A DNA stretch of 64,000 nucleotides, from IMG/VR virus record IMGVR_UViG_3300028410_000746; one strand, written 5' to 3'. Each line of letters opens with the position of its first letter. The stretch's first letter is position 1. Positions 27,550 through 35,153 of the stretch are shown here, piece by piece. The translations under genes and the position numbers were made by a program. The notes beneath the pieces are model-generated. The model was given only the letters and a program-made list of their open reading frames with translations, was not told the origin of the DNA and did not search any database. Source of the stretch: a virus (lineage: Duplodnaviria; Caudoviricetes).

Positions 27550-28482
27550 TCACTCGGTGGCGAGAGCGATCTGCATGCTTACGTGGTAGCGGAGGAGTCC
27601 GGTCAGCGTCTCAAAACCCCCGAAGCTGTGGGAGAGCTTGGAGAGGCGCTTGAGCTGAGCCACGACCTCTCTCAAGAGGGCTACGTACTCGGCCCTGCGG
27701 GCGGCATGAGCCGCCAGCTCATCGAGGGACGCTTGAGAGAGACTGGACATCGAGAGGTGGTAGTCGATGAAGCCTTGCGCGAAGGGCTTGAAGCTCTTGC
27801 GCATACCGAAGACGACCTCACTCTCGGTGTACGAGATCCTCGCCTCCAGTTCGATCGAGGTAGCGACCGCAGCGGTTCCCCTGAAATCGTAGCGCAGCTC
27901 CAGCTTTCGAGTGTCGCTGTTCCGCCCCATCGACGGCGCGAAGATTGCCGCCATGGGGGAGAGGTCTTCGTAGATGTGTCCCCCACGCGGCGGAGTGATG
28001 AAGTCACTACCCAGGTTCACCAGCTCCTGAGAGATGTGCTCGACTTCAGCGAGCGTAGCCTTCTCGGTCTCTCCTATGGTGGTGACGATCTCGTCCATGG
28101 CCACTGAGATGCTCGCGGCCAACATGCTCGCTTGGTTGGTCTTGCCCTCTCCCTTGGGCAGCTCGGAGGGCTTGGCGTAGTGGATCTTGACATGAAGATC
28201 CGCGTGTACCCCGCCATCGTCCTGTAGAAAGAGCTGGTTCACCTTCACCTCAAGAGGCCTCTCGGGGTGGGTGTTCTCGTGAGCAAAGTAACGCTCCCCC
28301 ACCGCTTTGAGACACGCGACGGCCTCCGACACCAGACAGATGAACTGGTCGTCTTCGGGAACGCGCACCTGGACCTCGAAGCACATGCGTATCGAGTAGT
28401 CACGAGCATGCGCATGTTTCGCGCGGAAGTTGGTGGTCGCAAATTCGGTTCGCTCGATCGTCGCGGTCGTCACGGTCGTCAC
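27550..28482 (-). CDS. Hypothetical protein, possible distant paralogue of 26196..27200
   Basis: 310 aa, GTG start with CAGGAG RBS, promoter at 28546-28518. Confidence 0.7.
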   Translation of the reverse strand: MTTVTTATIERTEFATTNFRAKHAHARDYSIRMCFEVQVRVPEDDQFICLVSEAVACLKAVGERYFAHENTHPERPLEVKVNQLFLQDDGGVHADLHVKIHYAKPSELPKGEGKTNQASMLAASISVAMDEIVTTIGETEKATLAEVEHISQELVNLGSDFITPPRGGHIYEDLSPMAAIFAPSMGRNSDTRKLELRYDFRGTAAVATSIELEARISYTESEVVFGMRKSFKPFAQGFIDYHLSMSSLSQASLDELAAHAARRAEYVALLREVVAQLKRLSKLSHSFGGFETLTGLLRYHVSMQIALATE

Positions 28483-28517
28483 TCCTGTACGGGTGTGTCG
28501 TTTTGTCTTACATCCTC

Positions 28518-28546
28518 TATATACCCCAAGGAGGGGGGGCCGTCAA
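28518..28546 (-). promoter_or_regulatory. Sigma70-like promoter TTGACG-N17-TATATA
   Basis: -35 at 28546-28541 and -10 at 28523-28518. Spacer and downstream UTR are nearly identical to the copy at 52.5 kb. Confidence 0.75.
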
Positions 28547-28581
28547 ATAAAGACTTCACCTGATGCCTCGGGAGAGAGGGC

Positions 28582-28611
28582 TTGACACGTCCGGCCCGTT
28601 GAGGTTACCGT
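28582..28611 (+). promoter_or_regulatory. Candidate CRISPR array 1 promoter TTGACA-N18-TACCGT
   Basis: Same architecture as the array 3 promoter (GGCTTGACA...AGGTTACCRT). Confidence 0.7.
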
Positions 28612-28721
28612 AATGAAGTCTGGAGCGGTGAGGAGCGGTGACGGTCTTTGTCACTGGACCCTGAAAGTCTTTGAAAACTGAATACTTACGTGATTTCACC
28701 CATGTGACTTCTTGTCGCAGA
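28612..28721 (+). promoter_or_regulatory. CRISPR array 1 leader
   Basis: Positions 28665-28721 match the array 3 leader at 50 of 57 positions (counted by hand). Confidence 0.85.
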
Positions 28722-29368
28722 CCCCTCCCCGTGTACGCGGGGATGTCCCGTGCCTACCCTTGTCTACGAACGGGGCGCGGCCCCCCTCCCCGTGTACGCG
28801 GGGATGTCCCCCTTCGACGGTCACGACGACCATCGACACCAACCCCCTCCCCGTGTACGCGGGGATGTCCCCTACAACCTGGGCTCGGCTCGCTCCAGGC
28901 AAGCCCCCTCCCCGTGTACGCGGGGATGTCCCCACCCACATCACGACCTCGAAGGACTCGTTGGTCCCCTCCCCGTGTACGCGGGGATGTCCCCATGGCG
29001 TCTGTCATGGGCAACAGGATGGACTTCCCCTCCCCGTGTACGCGGGGATGTCCCCGGGTACGTGAGCGCCTTGGCGGAACCCTTCCCCGTGTACGCGGGG
29101 ATGTTCCCCGTGTACGCGGGGATGTTCCCCATTACAGGGCGGCACACCCTAGGTTCATAACCCCTTCCCCGTACACGCGGGGATGTTCCCCAGACACCCC
29201 AGATCCACCTTGGCGTCCAGACCCCTTCCCCGTACACGCGGGGATGTTCCCCTCACACCGAACGAGCGAACGCCAATGTGCCCTTCCCCGTACACGCGGG
29301 GATGTTCCCACCATGCCTTTTTGGACATGCACTGATTGTCGCTTCCCCGTATACGCGGGGATGTTCCT
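28722..29368 (+). CRISPR. Type I-E CRISPR array 1: 12 repeats (one overlapping, last degenerate) and 10 spacers
   Basis: 29-nt repeats CCCCTCCCCGTGTACGCGGGGATGTCCCC start at 28722, 28783, 28844, 28905, 28966 and 29027. Hybrid repeats at 29080 and 29101. CCCTTCCCCGTACACGCGGGGATGTTCCC at 29162, 29223 and 29281; degenerate repeat at 29340. Spacers are mostly 32 nt, plus one each of 24, 29 and 30 nt. Confidence 0.97.
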
Positions 29369-29420
29369 GTTCCTGTTCCGTCTCGTTCTCCTCTCTATTG
29401 CCGTGGCAAAGGAGCCTGAT

Positions 29421-29747
29421 ATGAAGATCATGACCTTGAGTGCAGAGTCGCTTCGCGAGTCCATGAGTCCGCGTGATTACTTCAGAGAGACCGGGTGCTT
29501 TACGGACACCAAAGACGCCCTGGATCAGGTGCTCAGGGGTGTGAGAGGGCTGACCTCGATGGCCGAAGCCTTCGAGCGTGAGACGCATCAAGAAGCTTGG
29601 CGGAGAGGCGACGCCGAACAGCACGTTTCTGCTTTGGTCGTGGAGTCTCAGCGTGTCTACACTGTCGCTCGATTGCTTCAGAGAAGCGTGAGGGCGACTC
29701 CCTTGCACTATGGCACCACGCTGCAAGAAGGCGCGCGCGAGGGATGA
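29421..29747 (+). CDS. Hypothetical protein (108 aa) directly downstream of array 1
   Basis: AAAGGAG RBS before ATG at 29421 (MKIMTLSAESL...). Confidence 0.65.
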   Translation: MKIMTLSAESLRESMSPRDYFRETGCFTDTKDALDQVLRGVRGLTSMAEAFERETHQEAWRRGDAEQHVSALVVESQRVYTVARLLQRSVRATPLHYGTTLQEGAREG

Positions 29748-29755
29748 AGCCTCCT

Positions 29756-32700
29756 TCAGTCCGGATCGAGCAGGAATTCCAGCTCGTCAAGCAGGGTCGT
29801 GGTCTCCTGGAGATCGTCCTGATCCCGTGCGATGCGTGTCTGCTCCACCACATCCAGACCCGTAGCACGTTCGATCTTCTGCGTCAGGCTGACGCCTCCG
29901 ATGGCGGAGAGGTCCTCGTCCTTCTCCAGACGTACGGCGACCACCTCCGGATCTTGAGCGGCGACTTGCCCCAGAGCGGTGGAGAGATCACGTCTCGCGC
30001 GGTCCAGCTTCAGGCGGGTATCTTCGGTCGCAGTGCGCGCCTCCGTGCCGAGCACCGATCCTAGCGTCTCTCCTGCGTCCAGGCGGCGGCGAATGTCCTC
30101 ACGCCCAAAGATGCCTGTGTTTGCTCGACCCACCGGCTCCAGGTTCACCGTGTCGAGACCTCCAATGACGGGATTGGGAGGGGAGGTCGCGGGCGGGGTA
30201 CGGTTCTCACCGCGTAGCTCGCGCTCTCGAATCGCACCCTGTTGGACGTCTCGCTCGTAGAGGTTGAGGAGGAAGCGGTTGAGCGCGTCGATGATCCCCG
30301 GATCACGGGGAGGGGTCAGGCCTTCCGGTAGCGTATTGACTCCGTTCTGGGCGTTGTCGTCGAGAGCTTCCGCGAAGCGGTTCACTGAATCCTGCTCGTC
30401 TTCAATGACGTCCGGGAGCCCAACCGTGTTGACGCGGTTGGAGGCTTCAAGATCATTCGCCTCGTCACCTTGAAGAATGGCGGCCTCCGTGACCATGGGC
30501 TGCTCGGGCGTGACCACCATGCCGTCAGGTATCGGGAGCAAGGACTCAGCCCAGATCCCGCGCGCGGTCTCCTCATCTCCGATGTACCCGTCAAGGTTCC
30601 AGGGCTTCTTGTTGGGCTTGTACTGTCGGGGGTACTCGGCTTGCCACTGGGCGATCTCGGCTGCGCTGGGGTTGGTCGCCAGGAAGCGGTTGTAGAGCGT
30701 CAGGCTTCCAGGACCTGCCTTCCAGAGGATGGCGATCTTGGTGGGATCGTTGCCGTGTCGGCCTTTGTACTTTTCGGCGTAGCGTAGGAAGTGCTCCAGG
30801 CTCTGGTCTGGCGCGTTCATGAAGTCGACGTTGGAGGTGTTGGTGCCGTCCCTCTTGTTGAACTCCTTCGCGTTGGTCTTGCCGATCTGAACCAACCCGA
30901 CAAACTGCGAGGGCTTCCCGTTCTTCTGCGTCCGTCTCGCATCGGCCTTACCCGAAGACTCGGTGTGGATGATCGCGAGCACCAACTCATCGGGATAGGT
31001 CGCTTCGGAGTAGCCCAGCTTTTCGCGCGCCGCGCGGATGTTGGGGCGCCAACGGGCCACGTTCGAGTTGTACTTGAAGACGCGACCTCGCGACGACTTT
31101 CTCACCGTCTTGTTGTTGACCGTGTACGAGTCCGAAGAGAGTGGGCTGGGCGCAGCGGTCGCCGGCACGGAGGAGGAAGCCCCCTGTGCGTTGGAGAACT
31201 GGAGCTGGGCGGAGAGCACGCGCGCGGCGAGCGTGGGGTCGGCCGAGATGTTGGGAGGTGCAAGCTCTGCGAGTCGTCGCCCGTAGTTGTTGGGGTCCAG
31301 CTTGAGCGCCTTGCCTCCCAGGTCTGCCTCATAGGCCGTGGCGAGGTTGTCGGAGATCTCATTTTCGGCGTTGGGCGTCGTCCTCCCTGGCTGCCCCAGG
31401 TCGTCGGGTGCGAGGTTGAGGAGCAGCTCCACGGCCGTGTTCAAGGGCGTCTGGTCAAAGCGGTAGCCTTGAGGGGTCGCCAGGACACGGCGCCCGTACT
31501 CATAGGCTCCGATCACCTCATAGCCTCGCTCATCCGAGACCGGGAACACCACCGCGTTGACCGTGGCGGTCTCGGTGGTTCCTTCTGAGGTGGCCGTGAT
31601 CTGTAGCTTGGGGTCGGACTCGATGTGAGTCACCGGACCTCGTGAGCGGTTGTTGGCCTCATCGGAGACGTAAGGGGTCTCCCGGTTCGGGTCAATGAGG
31701 TAGACGTAGCGGTTGTCTGTCGTGTTGCCAAACTGTGATCGCAGGTCGACCAAGTTACGCAGGCGGCGGTCCGAGTCAGTGGAGTCGTCCTCAAACGTGG
31801 GCACCACGTCACCGAACCTCTTGAAGTCCTTTTCGGGGAGGTAGGTCATCACCACGTTGCGGTCACCCAGGGGCCGCCCGTTGGGGTCTGTGGGTCGGGC
31901 CCCGATGTTTCTCGGGATGTCACCGGGGAGCGCCAGATCACCGGGCTTGGGCTCGGCCGCCTCGTCACGCCACCGCTCAAAGGCCCCGTAGAACTTCTGT
32001 CTGCGCGCGGAGAGGGTCAGGGACGTGGTACAGCGTGATCCATACCCGAAGCTGTGTGAGATGCCCTCCACGTAGTAGTACGCGTCCTTGCCCTCCACAT
32101 AGACCGGGTACCCCAGGCGAAGCTCGGGTCGAAACGGGATCGTGACCGTGCCGCTGTTGATGCGCGCGTTCTGCTGATCCAGGATGTCGACGAGGTGGTA
32201 GAAGAGCGCCTTGGGCCCTCCGTTCTCCTTGGACCCAATGAACTCGGAGCTGAACGCTCCTGGACGCCATCCGTACTTCTGGACGAGCCTGTAGTCGACG
32301 TACGTAGCCTTGGTCTGTGCCAGGGAGGAGAGCCCGACCTCGACGTTCTGTGTGTAGCGTCCCGTGGCCTCCACGAAGGTCGCTTCCGGAGGGTTCTCCG
32401 AAAAGTTCCAGGAGATCACGTCAACGTCTCGAATCCAACTCACGGGGAAATTCAGCCGGGTGTCCATGTTGAAGAACGGAGGCTTGAAGATGATCTCCCC
32501 CGTGACGTCCATGTAGAACTCGTAGTTGATCGCCTCCTTGGTCTGCAAGGCGAGGTTGAGCTTGTTCTCGAACTCACTGTTCTCGATCTCTACCGCACCG
32601 AGCTGACTCAGCTTCTGGCTGAAGGGGGCGATGGCGCTCACGTCGAAGAAGTCCTGCTTGAAGGGCTCGTAGTCCTTGAGCTTGGTAGCCTTGGCGGACC

Positions 32701-33484
32701 CCTTGCGCTGGCGAAGGAAGAAGTCTCGGTTCTCGCCCGAGAGCACGCTCGCGAGCTGGCCACCCTGGAGGACGTTCCCGGAGGGGCCATACATCTTGAT
32801 GTTCTGCGTGATCCGACCCCACTTGGCGCTCCAGTAGGCCATCATCCTCTTGGTGTCCGCTCCCGAGATCGGCTCGGTACGGGCTTCGCGGTTTGGGACC
32901 GACTGATTACGCACGTTCATCGAGTCCCCATACACGTAGCGTGAGAGGCTGTAGATGATGTCGAAGGCGTTCATGCCCGTGAACGTGTGTCCTCGCAGGT
33001 TGACCTGTTGGGTCTGGTCCTTCAAGGTCGCCAGATACGACGGGTTGATGTTGATCTGCGAGACCTGCCACCAGTACAGGATGTCCGAACAGCTCAAGCT
33101 GACCGTCTGCTCGCCGGCCGAGTAGCTCTCCTGCAAGCTCGTGACGACGCCCCAGAAGATCGGGTAGTACCGTGGCGATCCGCCCACCGAGAAGTGACCC
33201 TTGGCGTAGATCTGGACCTCCATCATCGTGGTCAACGTGAGCTGACCCCCCACATAGATGTCACCCAGGTAATGTGCCGGGATGTGCAGGTCAATGGAGG
33301 CGCTGCCGGGCACCGAGTTGACCCCCAGGTTGACCGAGATCGTGTTGATCAACGGCTGCAAAGGCACGCGTCGGTTCGGGTTGGCTCCGCTTGGGAGGCT
33401 CAGCTCTCCGTTGATGTAGACCAGACAGTCTGGCGCCGTGGTGACGACGGGGCGGCGGTTTGGCTTGTAGGTCCCTTGGTACAC
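29756..33484 (-). CDS. Baseplate hub (gp27/gp44/VgrG-like) protein fused to an SLT lytic transglycosylase domain
   Basis: Hub-like N-terminus (SASIDL, YYPIFWGVVTSLQESY, TVSLSCSDIL, EFYMDVTGEIIFKPPFFN, GTVTIPFRPELRLGYPVY, YYVEGISHSF). SLT motifs LAIIHTESSG, VGLVQI and KAGPG at about 31075-30700. Confidence 0.8.
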   Translation of the reverse strand: MYQGTYKPNRRPVVTTAPDCLVYINGELSLPSGANPNRRVPLQPLINTISVNLGVNSVPGSASIDLHIPAHYLGDIYVGGQLTLTTMMEVQIYAKGHFSVGGSPRYYPIFWGVVTSLQESYSAGEQTVSLSCSDILYWWQVSQININPSYLATLKDQTQQVNLRGHTFTGMNAFDIIYSLSRYVYGDSMNVRNQSVPNREARTEPISGADTKRMMAYWSAKWGRITQNIKMYGPSGNVLQGGQLASVLSGENRDFFLRQRKGSAKATKLKDYEPFKQDFFDVSAIAPFSQKLSQLGAVEIENSEFENKLNLALQTKEAINYEFYMDVTGEIIFKPPFFNMDTRLNFPVSWIRDVDVISWNFSENPPEATFVEATGRYTQNVEVGLSSLAQTKATYVDYRLVQKYGWRPGAFSSEFIGSKENGGPKALFYHLVDILDQQNARINSGTVTIPFRPELRLGYPVYVEGKDAYYYVEGISHSFGYGSRCTTSLTLSARRQKFYGAFERWRDEAAEPKPGDLALPGDIPRNIGARPTDPNGRPLGDRNVVMTYLPEKDFKRFGDVVPTFEDDSTDSDRRLRNLVDLRSQFGNTTDNRYVYLIDPNRETPYVSDEANNRSRGPVTHIESDPKLQITATSEGTTETATVNAVVFPVSDERGYEVIGAYEYGRRVLATPQGYRFDQTPLNTAVELLLNLAPDDLGQPGRTTPNAENEISDNLATAYEADLGGKALKLDPNNYGRRLAELAPPNISADPTLAARVLSAQLQFSNAQGASSSVPATAAPSPLSSDSYTVNNKTVRKSSRGRVFKYNSNVARWRPNIRAAREKLGYSEATYPDELVLAIIHTESSGKADARRTQKNGKPSQFVGLVQIGKTNAKEFNKRDGTNTSNVDFMNAPDQSLEHFLRYAEKYKGRHGNDPTKIAILWKAGPGSLTLYNRFLATNPSAAEIAQWQAEYPRQYKPNKKPWNLDGYIGDEETARGIWAESLLPIPDGMVVTPEQPMVTEAAILQGDEANDLEASNRVNTVGLPDVIEDEQDSVNRFAEALDDNAQNGVNTLPEGLTPPRDPGIIDALNRFLLNLYERDVQQGAIRERELRGENRTPPATSPPNPVIGGLDTVNLEPVGRANTGIFGREDIRRRLDAGETLGSVLGTEARTATEDTRLKLDRARRDLSTALGQVAAQDPEVVAVRLEKDEDLSAIGGVSLTQKIERATGLDVVEQTRIARDQDDLQETTTLLDELEFLLDPD

Positions 33485-33542
33485 GCAGCACTCCTTGACG
33501 TGGGGTCCTTCACCCTGCGCACAAAAAGGTTAGGCATGGCGC

Positions 33543-33572
33543 TTGACACTCACGTTGCAGTTGCAGTATACC
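33543..33572 (+). promoter_or_regulatory. Candidate promoter TTGACA-N18-TATACC upstream of the orphan CRISPR leader
   Basis: Perfect -35 but imperfect -10. Confidence 0.45.
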
Positions 33573-33608
33573 TTGAGACGTCAAGTGGGCGCGGTACCAC
33601 AGAGTAAG

Positions 33609-33703
33609 AGTTGGTAAAGTAAAACGGCGAACCTCATGCTAACAGGATTCCCCTTATGAATCAAGGAGTTAGGTACACTTCCGAAGGCTTGAACATTTGA
33701 AGA
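33609..33703 (+). promoter_or_regulatory. Orphan CRISPR leader, homologous to the array 2 leader
   Basis: 33668-33703 is identical (36 nt) to the reverse complement of 54491-54526, and TTGGTAAAGTAAAACGG is also shared. AATCAAGGAGTTA (33659-33671) is a perfect IHF consensus (WATCAANNNNTTR). Confidence 0.85.
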
Positions 33704-33732
33704 GTGTTCCCCGCGCGAGCGGGGAAGTTCCT
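33704..33732 (+). CRISPR. Solitary type I-E repeat with no array
   Basis: GTGTTCCCCGCGCGAGCGGGGAAGTTCCT with intact CCCCGC/GCGGGG stem. No further repeat at +61 nt. Confidence 0.85.
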
Positions 33733-33772
33733 ACCTTCTACTACGACCACACCTTCTGTGGGGGATGAGACC

Positions 33773-33970
33773 ATGAAGATCAAGACACGGATTCAGCGAG
33801 ACGACAAGCCCACGGTCATCATCCGAATCGTCCGCACGGAAGATGGGACGGTCACGTGGCAGAGCAAGATAGCACGCACGGGTCGAATCATCGGCACCGG
33901 TACGTGCGATACGGTCGAAGATGCGCTCCTGGAATCGTCCAAGGGGATGTTCGAGGTCCCTGATTCATGA
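33773..33970 (+). CDS. Small hypothetical protein (65 aa)
   Basis: ATG at 33773 with GGGGA upstream, 40 nt after the solitary repeat. Confidence 0.6.
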   Translation: MKIKTRIQRDDKPTVIIRIVRTEDGTVTWQSKIARTGRIIGTGTCDTVEDALLESSKGMFEVPDS

Positions 33971-34845
33971 GCTACTACAAGACCAAAGGTCGCTGCACGC
34001 TCCAGGTACAGAAGCACGGCGGCGTGTGGATGGCCGAGGTCGACGTCTCTCAGGAGCATGGTCCGATGGCCGAGCTGTGCTGTGCTCCGGCGACGTCCTA
34101 CACTCAGGCCGTCAAGATGGCCCACGCGGTGGAGAAGCAAGTAGAGGAGGGCTCACTCTTGCGCCTCCCCGAACAGGCGATTGAAGAGCACTACACCTCT
34201 TATCCCAAGCTGTACTATACGCGGTGGTGCGCCCTCTCTTGGATTCTGGGCTATTACGGTATGGATTGGCTCGACGGACAGAAGGTCTCAACCTGCGACC
34301 TTCACCCGGACGGGACGCAAGCGCTGGACCTCTACTCCGAAATCTCTGACGAGCTGGAGGGTCTTGAGCGGCGGGCCTTCGCGCCGTTGAAACACGATGA
34401 GCCTCTTGAAGACTATCTCTCCAGGTACTACAAGGAGGAACAGTTTCAAGCCTATAAGGCCGAGTCCAAGGCGTTCTTTGAGCGGCCTTACCCCCTCGAT
34501 GATACCGGCTACGCGGTTCATGACGCACATCTGCGAGACCTCGAAGTCCCTGACAACATCCACCCCAAGTGGTTGGAAGCCGTCCGTGAGCTGCTCATCA
34601 TCTGCGGCACGAGGTGCACGGAGACCTCGGCTCGGCTGTGGGCCGACGAACAGGGCAAGACACTCGAAGCTCGTTTCCCTACACGCTTCGAGCCCTTGAA
34701 CCTGGACATGACCTCTCACCCCACTCGGCCCGTGTTTTCGAGCTTCAGCTTGACGCAGAGGAGCGCGGAGAAGACGGCGAAGCTCTTGACCGCCAAAGAG
34801 CGTGAGCGTCTCCTTTGTGCCTATCCCAAGAGGTTCTCAGTATGA
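33967..34845 (+). CDS. Hypothetical protein
   Basis: 292 aa; ATGA overlap with the previous gene. Confidence 0.7.
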   Translation: MSYYKTKGRCTLQVQKHGGVWMAEVDVSQEHGPMAELCCAPATSYTQAVKMAHAVEKQVEEGSLLRLPEQAIEEHYTSYPKLYYTRWCALSWILGYYGMDWLDGQKVSTCDLHPDGTQALDLYSEISDELEGLERRAFAPLKHDEPLEDYLSRYYKEEQFQAYKAESKAFFERPYPLDDTGYAVHDAHLRDLEVPDNIHPKWLEAVRELLIICGTRCTETSARLWADEQGKTLEARFPTRFEPLNLDMTSHPTRPVFSSFSLTQRSAEKTAKLLTAKERERLLCAYPKRFSV

Positions 34846-35102
34846 ACGAGTTGACCTACCTTAGAAGCGTTCTTGGAATCCTGGGAGCCTTTATGGCGGC
34901 CATGTTCTTCACGAGCTTCCTGATGTTGGCCTTGCCGGCTGAAGAGGACCTGACGGGGTGGCACTTTGTGTTCTACTTCTTCTCCTGGACCTGCATCTTC
35001 ATTGCGCGTGGTGCACGGGGAGTGGTCCTGTCACATCTGGTCGAGCTGGAAGCGGCCATGAAAGACCAGGGCGTCGATGCACCGGAAGACCTCGTGATGT
35101 GA
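34842..35102 (+). CDS. Small membrane protein with two TM helices
   Basis: ATGA overlap. Hydrophobic segments VLGILGAFMAAMFFTSFLMLAL and WHFVFYFFSWTCIFI. Confidence 0.6.
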   Translation: MNELTYLRSVLGILGAFMAAMFFTSFLMLALPAEEDLTGWHFVFYFFSWTCIFIARGARGVVLSHLVELEAAMKDQGVDAPEDLVM

Positions 35103-35153
35103 GATTGTCTTTGTTCGCCGTGGTTGAAGAGACCTCAACCGTGGAGTCGTGCT

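Noticed and set aside
28934-28965. Array 1 spacer 4 (encodes ITTSKDSLV) resembles LTTSKEFIV at about 22626 in the initiator-like gene
   Set aside because: Only about 18 of 29 nt are identical, too weak to call a protospacer. It could reflect a homologue in a rival phage, but only a database search can tell.
28671-29464. Multiple ORF-track entries across array 1 (and likewise across arrays 2 and 3)
   Set aside because: They are translations of CRISPR repeats (PRVRGDVP, PVYAGMSP) with no RBS. Only the part from 29421 is kept as a gene.
33744-33772. Possible second degenerate repeat (hairpin CCACA/TGTGG plus GGGATGAGACC) after the solitary repeat
   Set aside because: It would leave only an 11-nt spacer, has little similarity to the 5' part of the repeat, and GGGGA is explained as the RBS. 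Not annotated, though it remains testable as a CreA-like pseudo-repeat.
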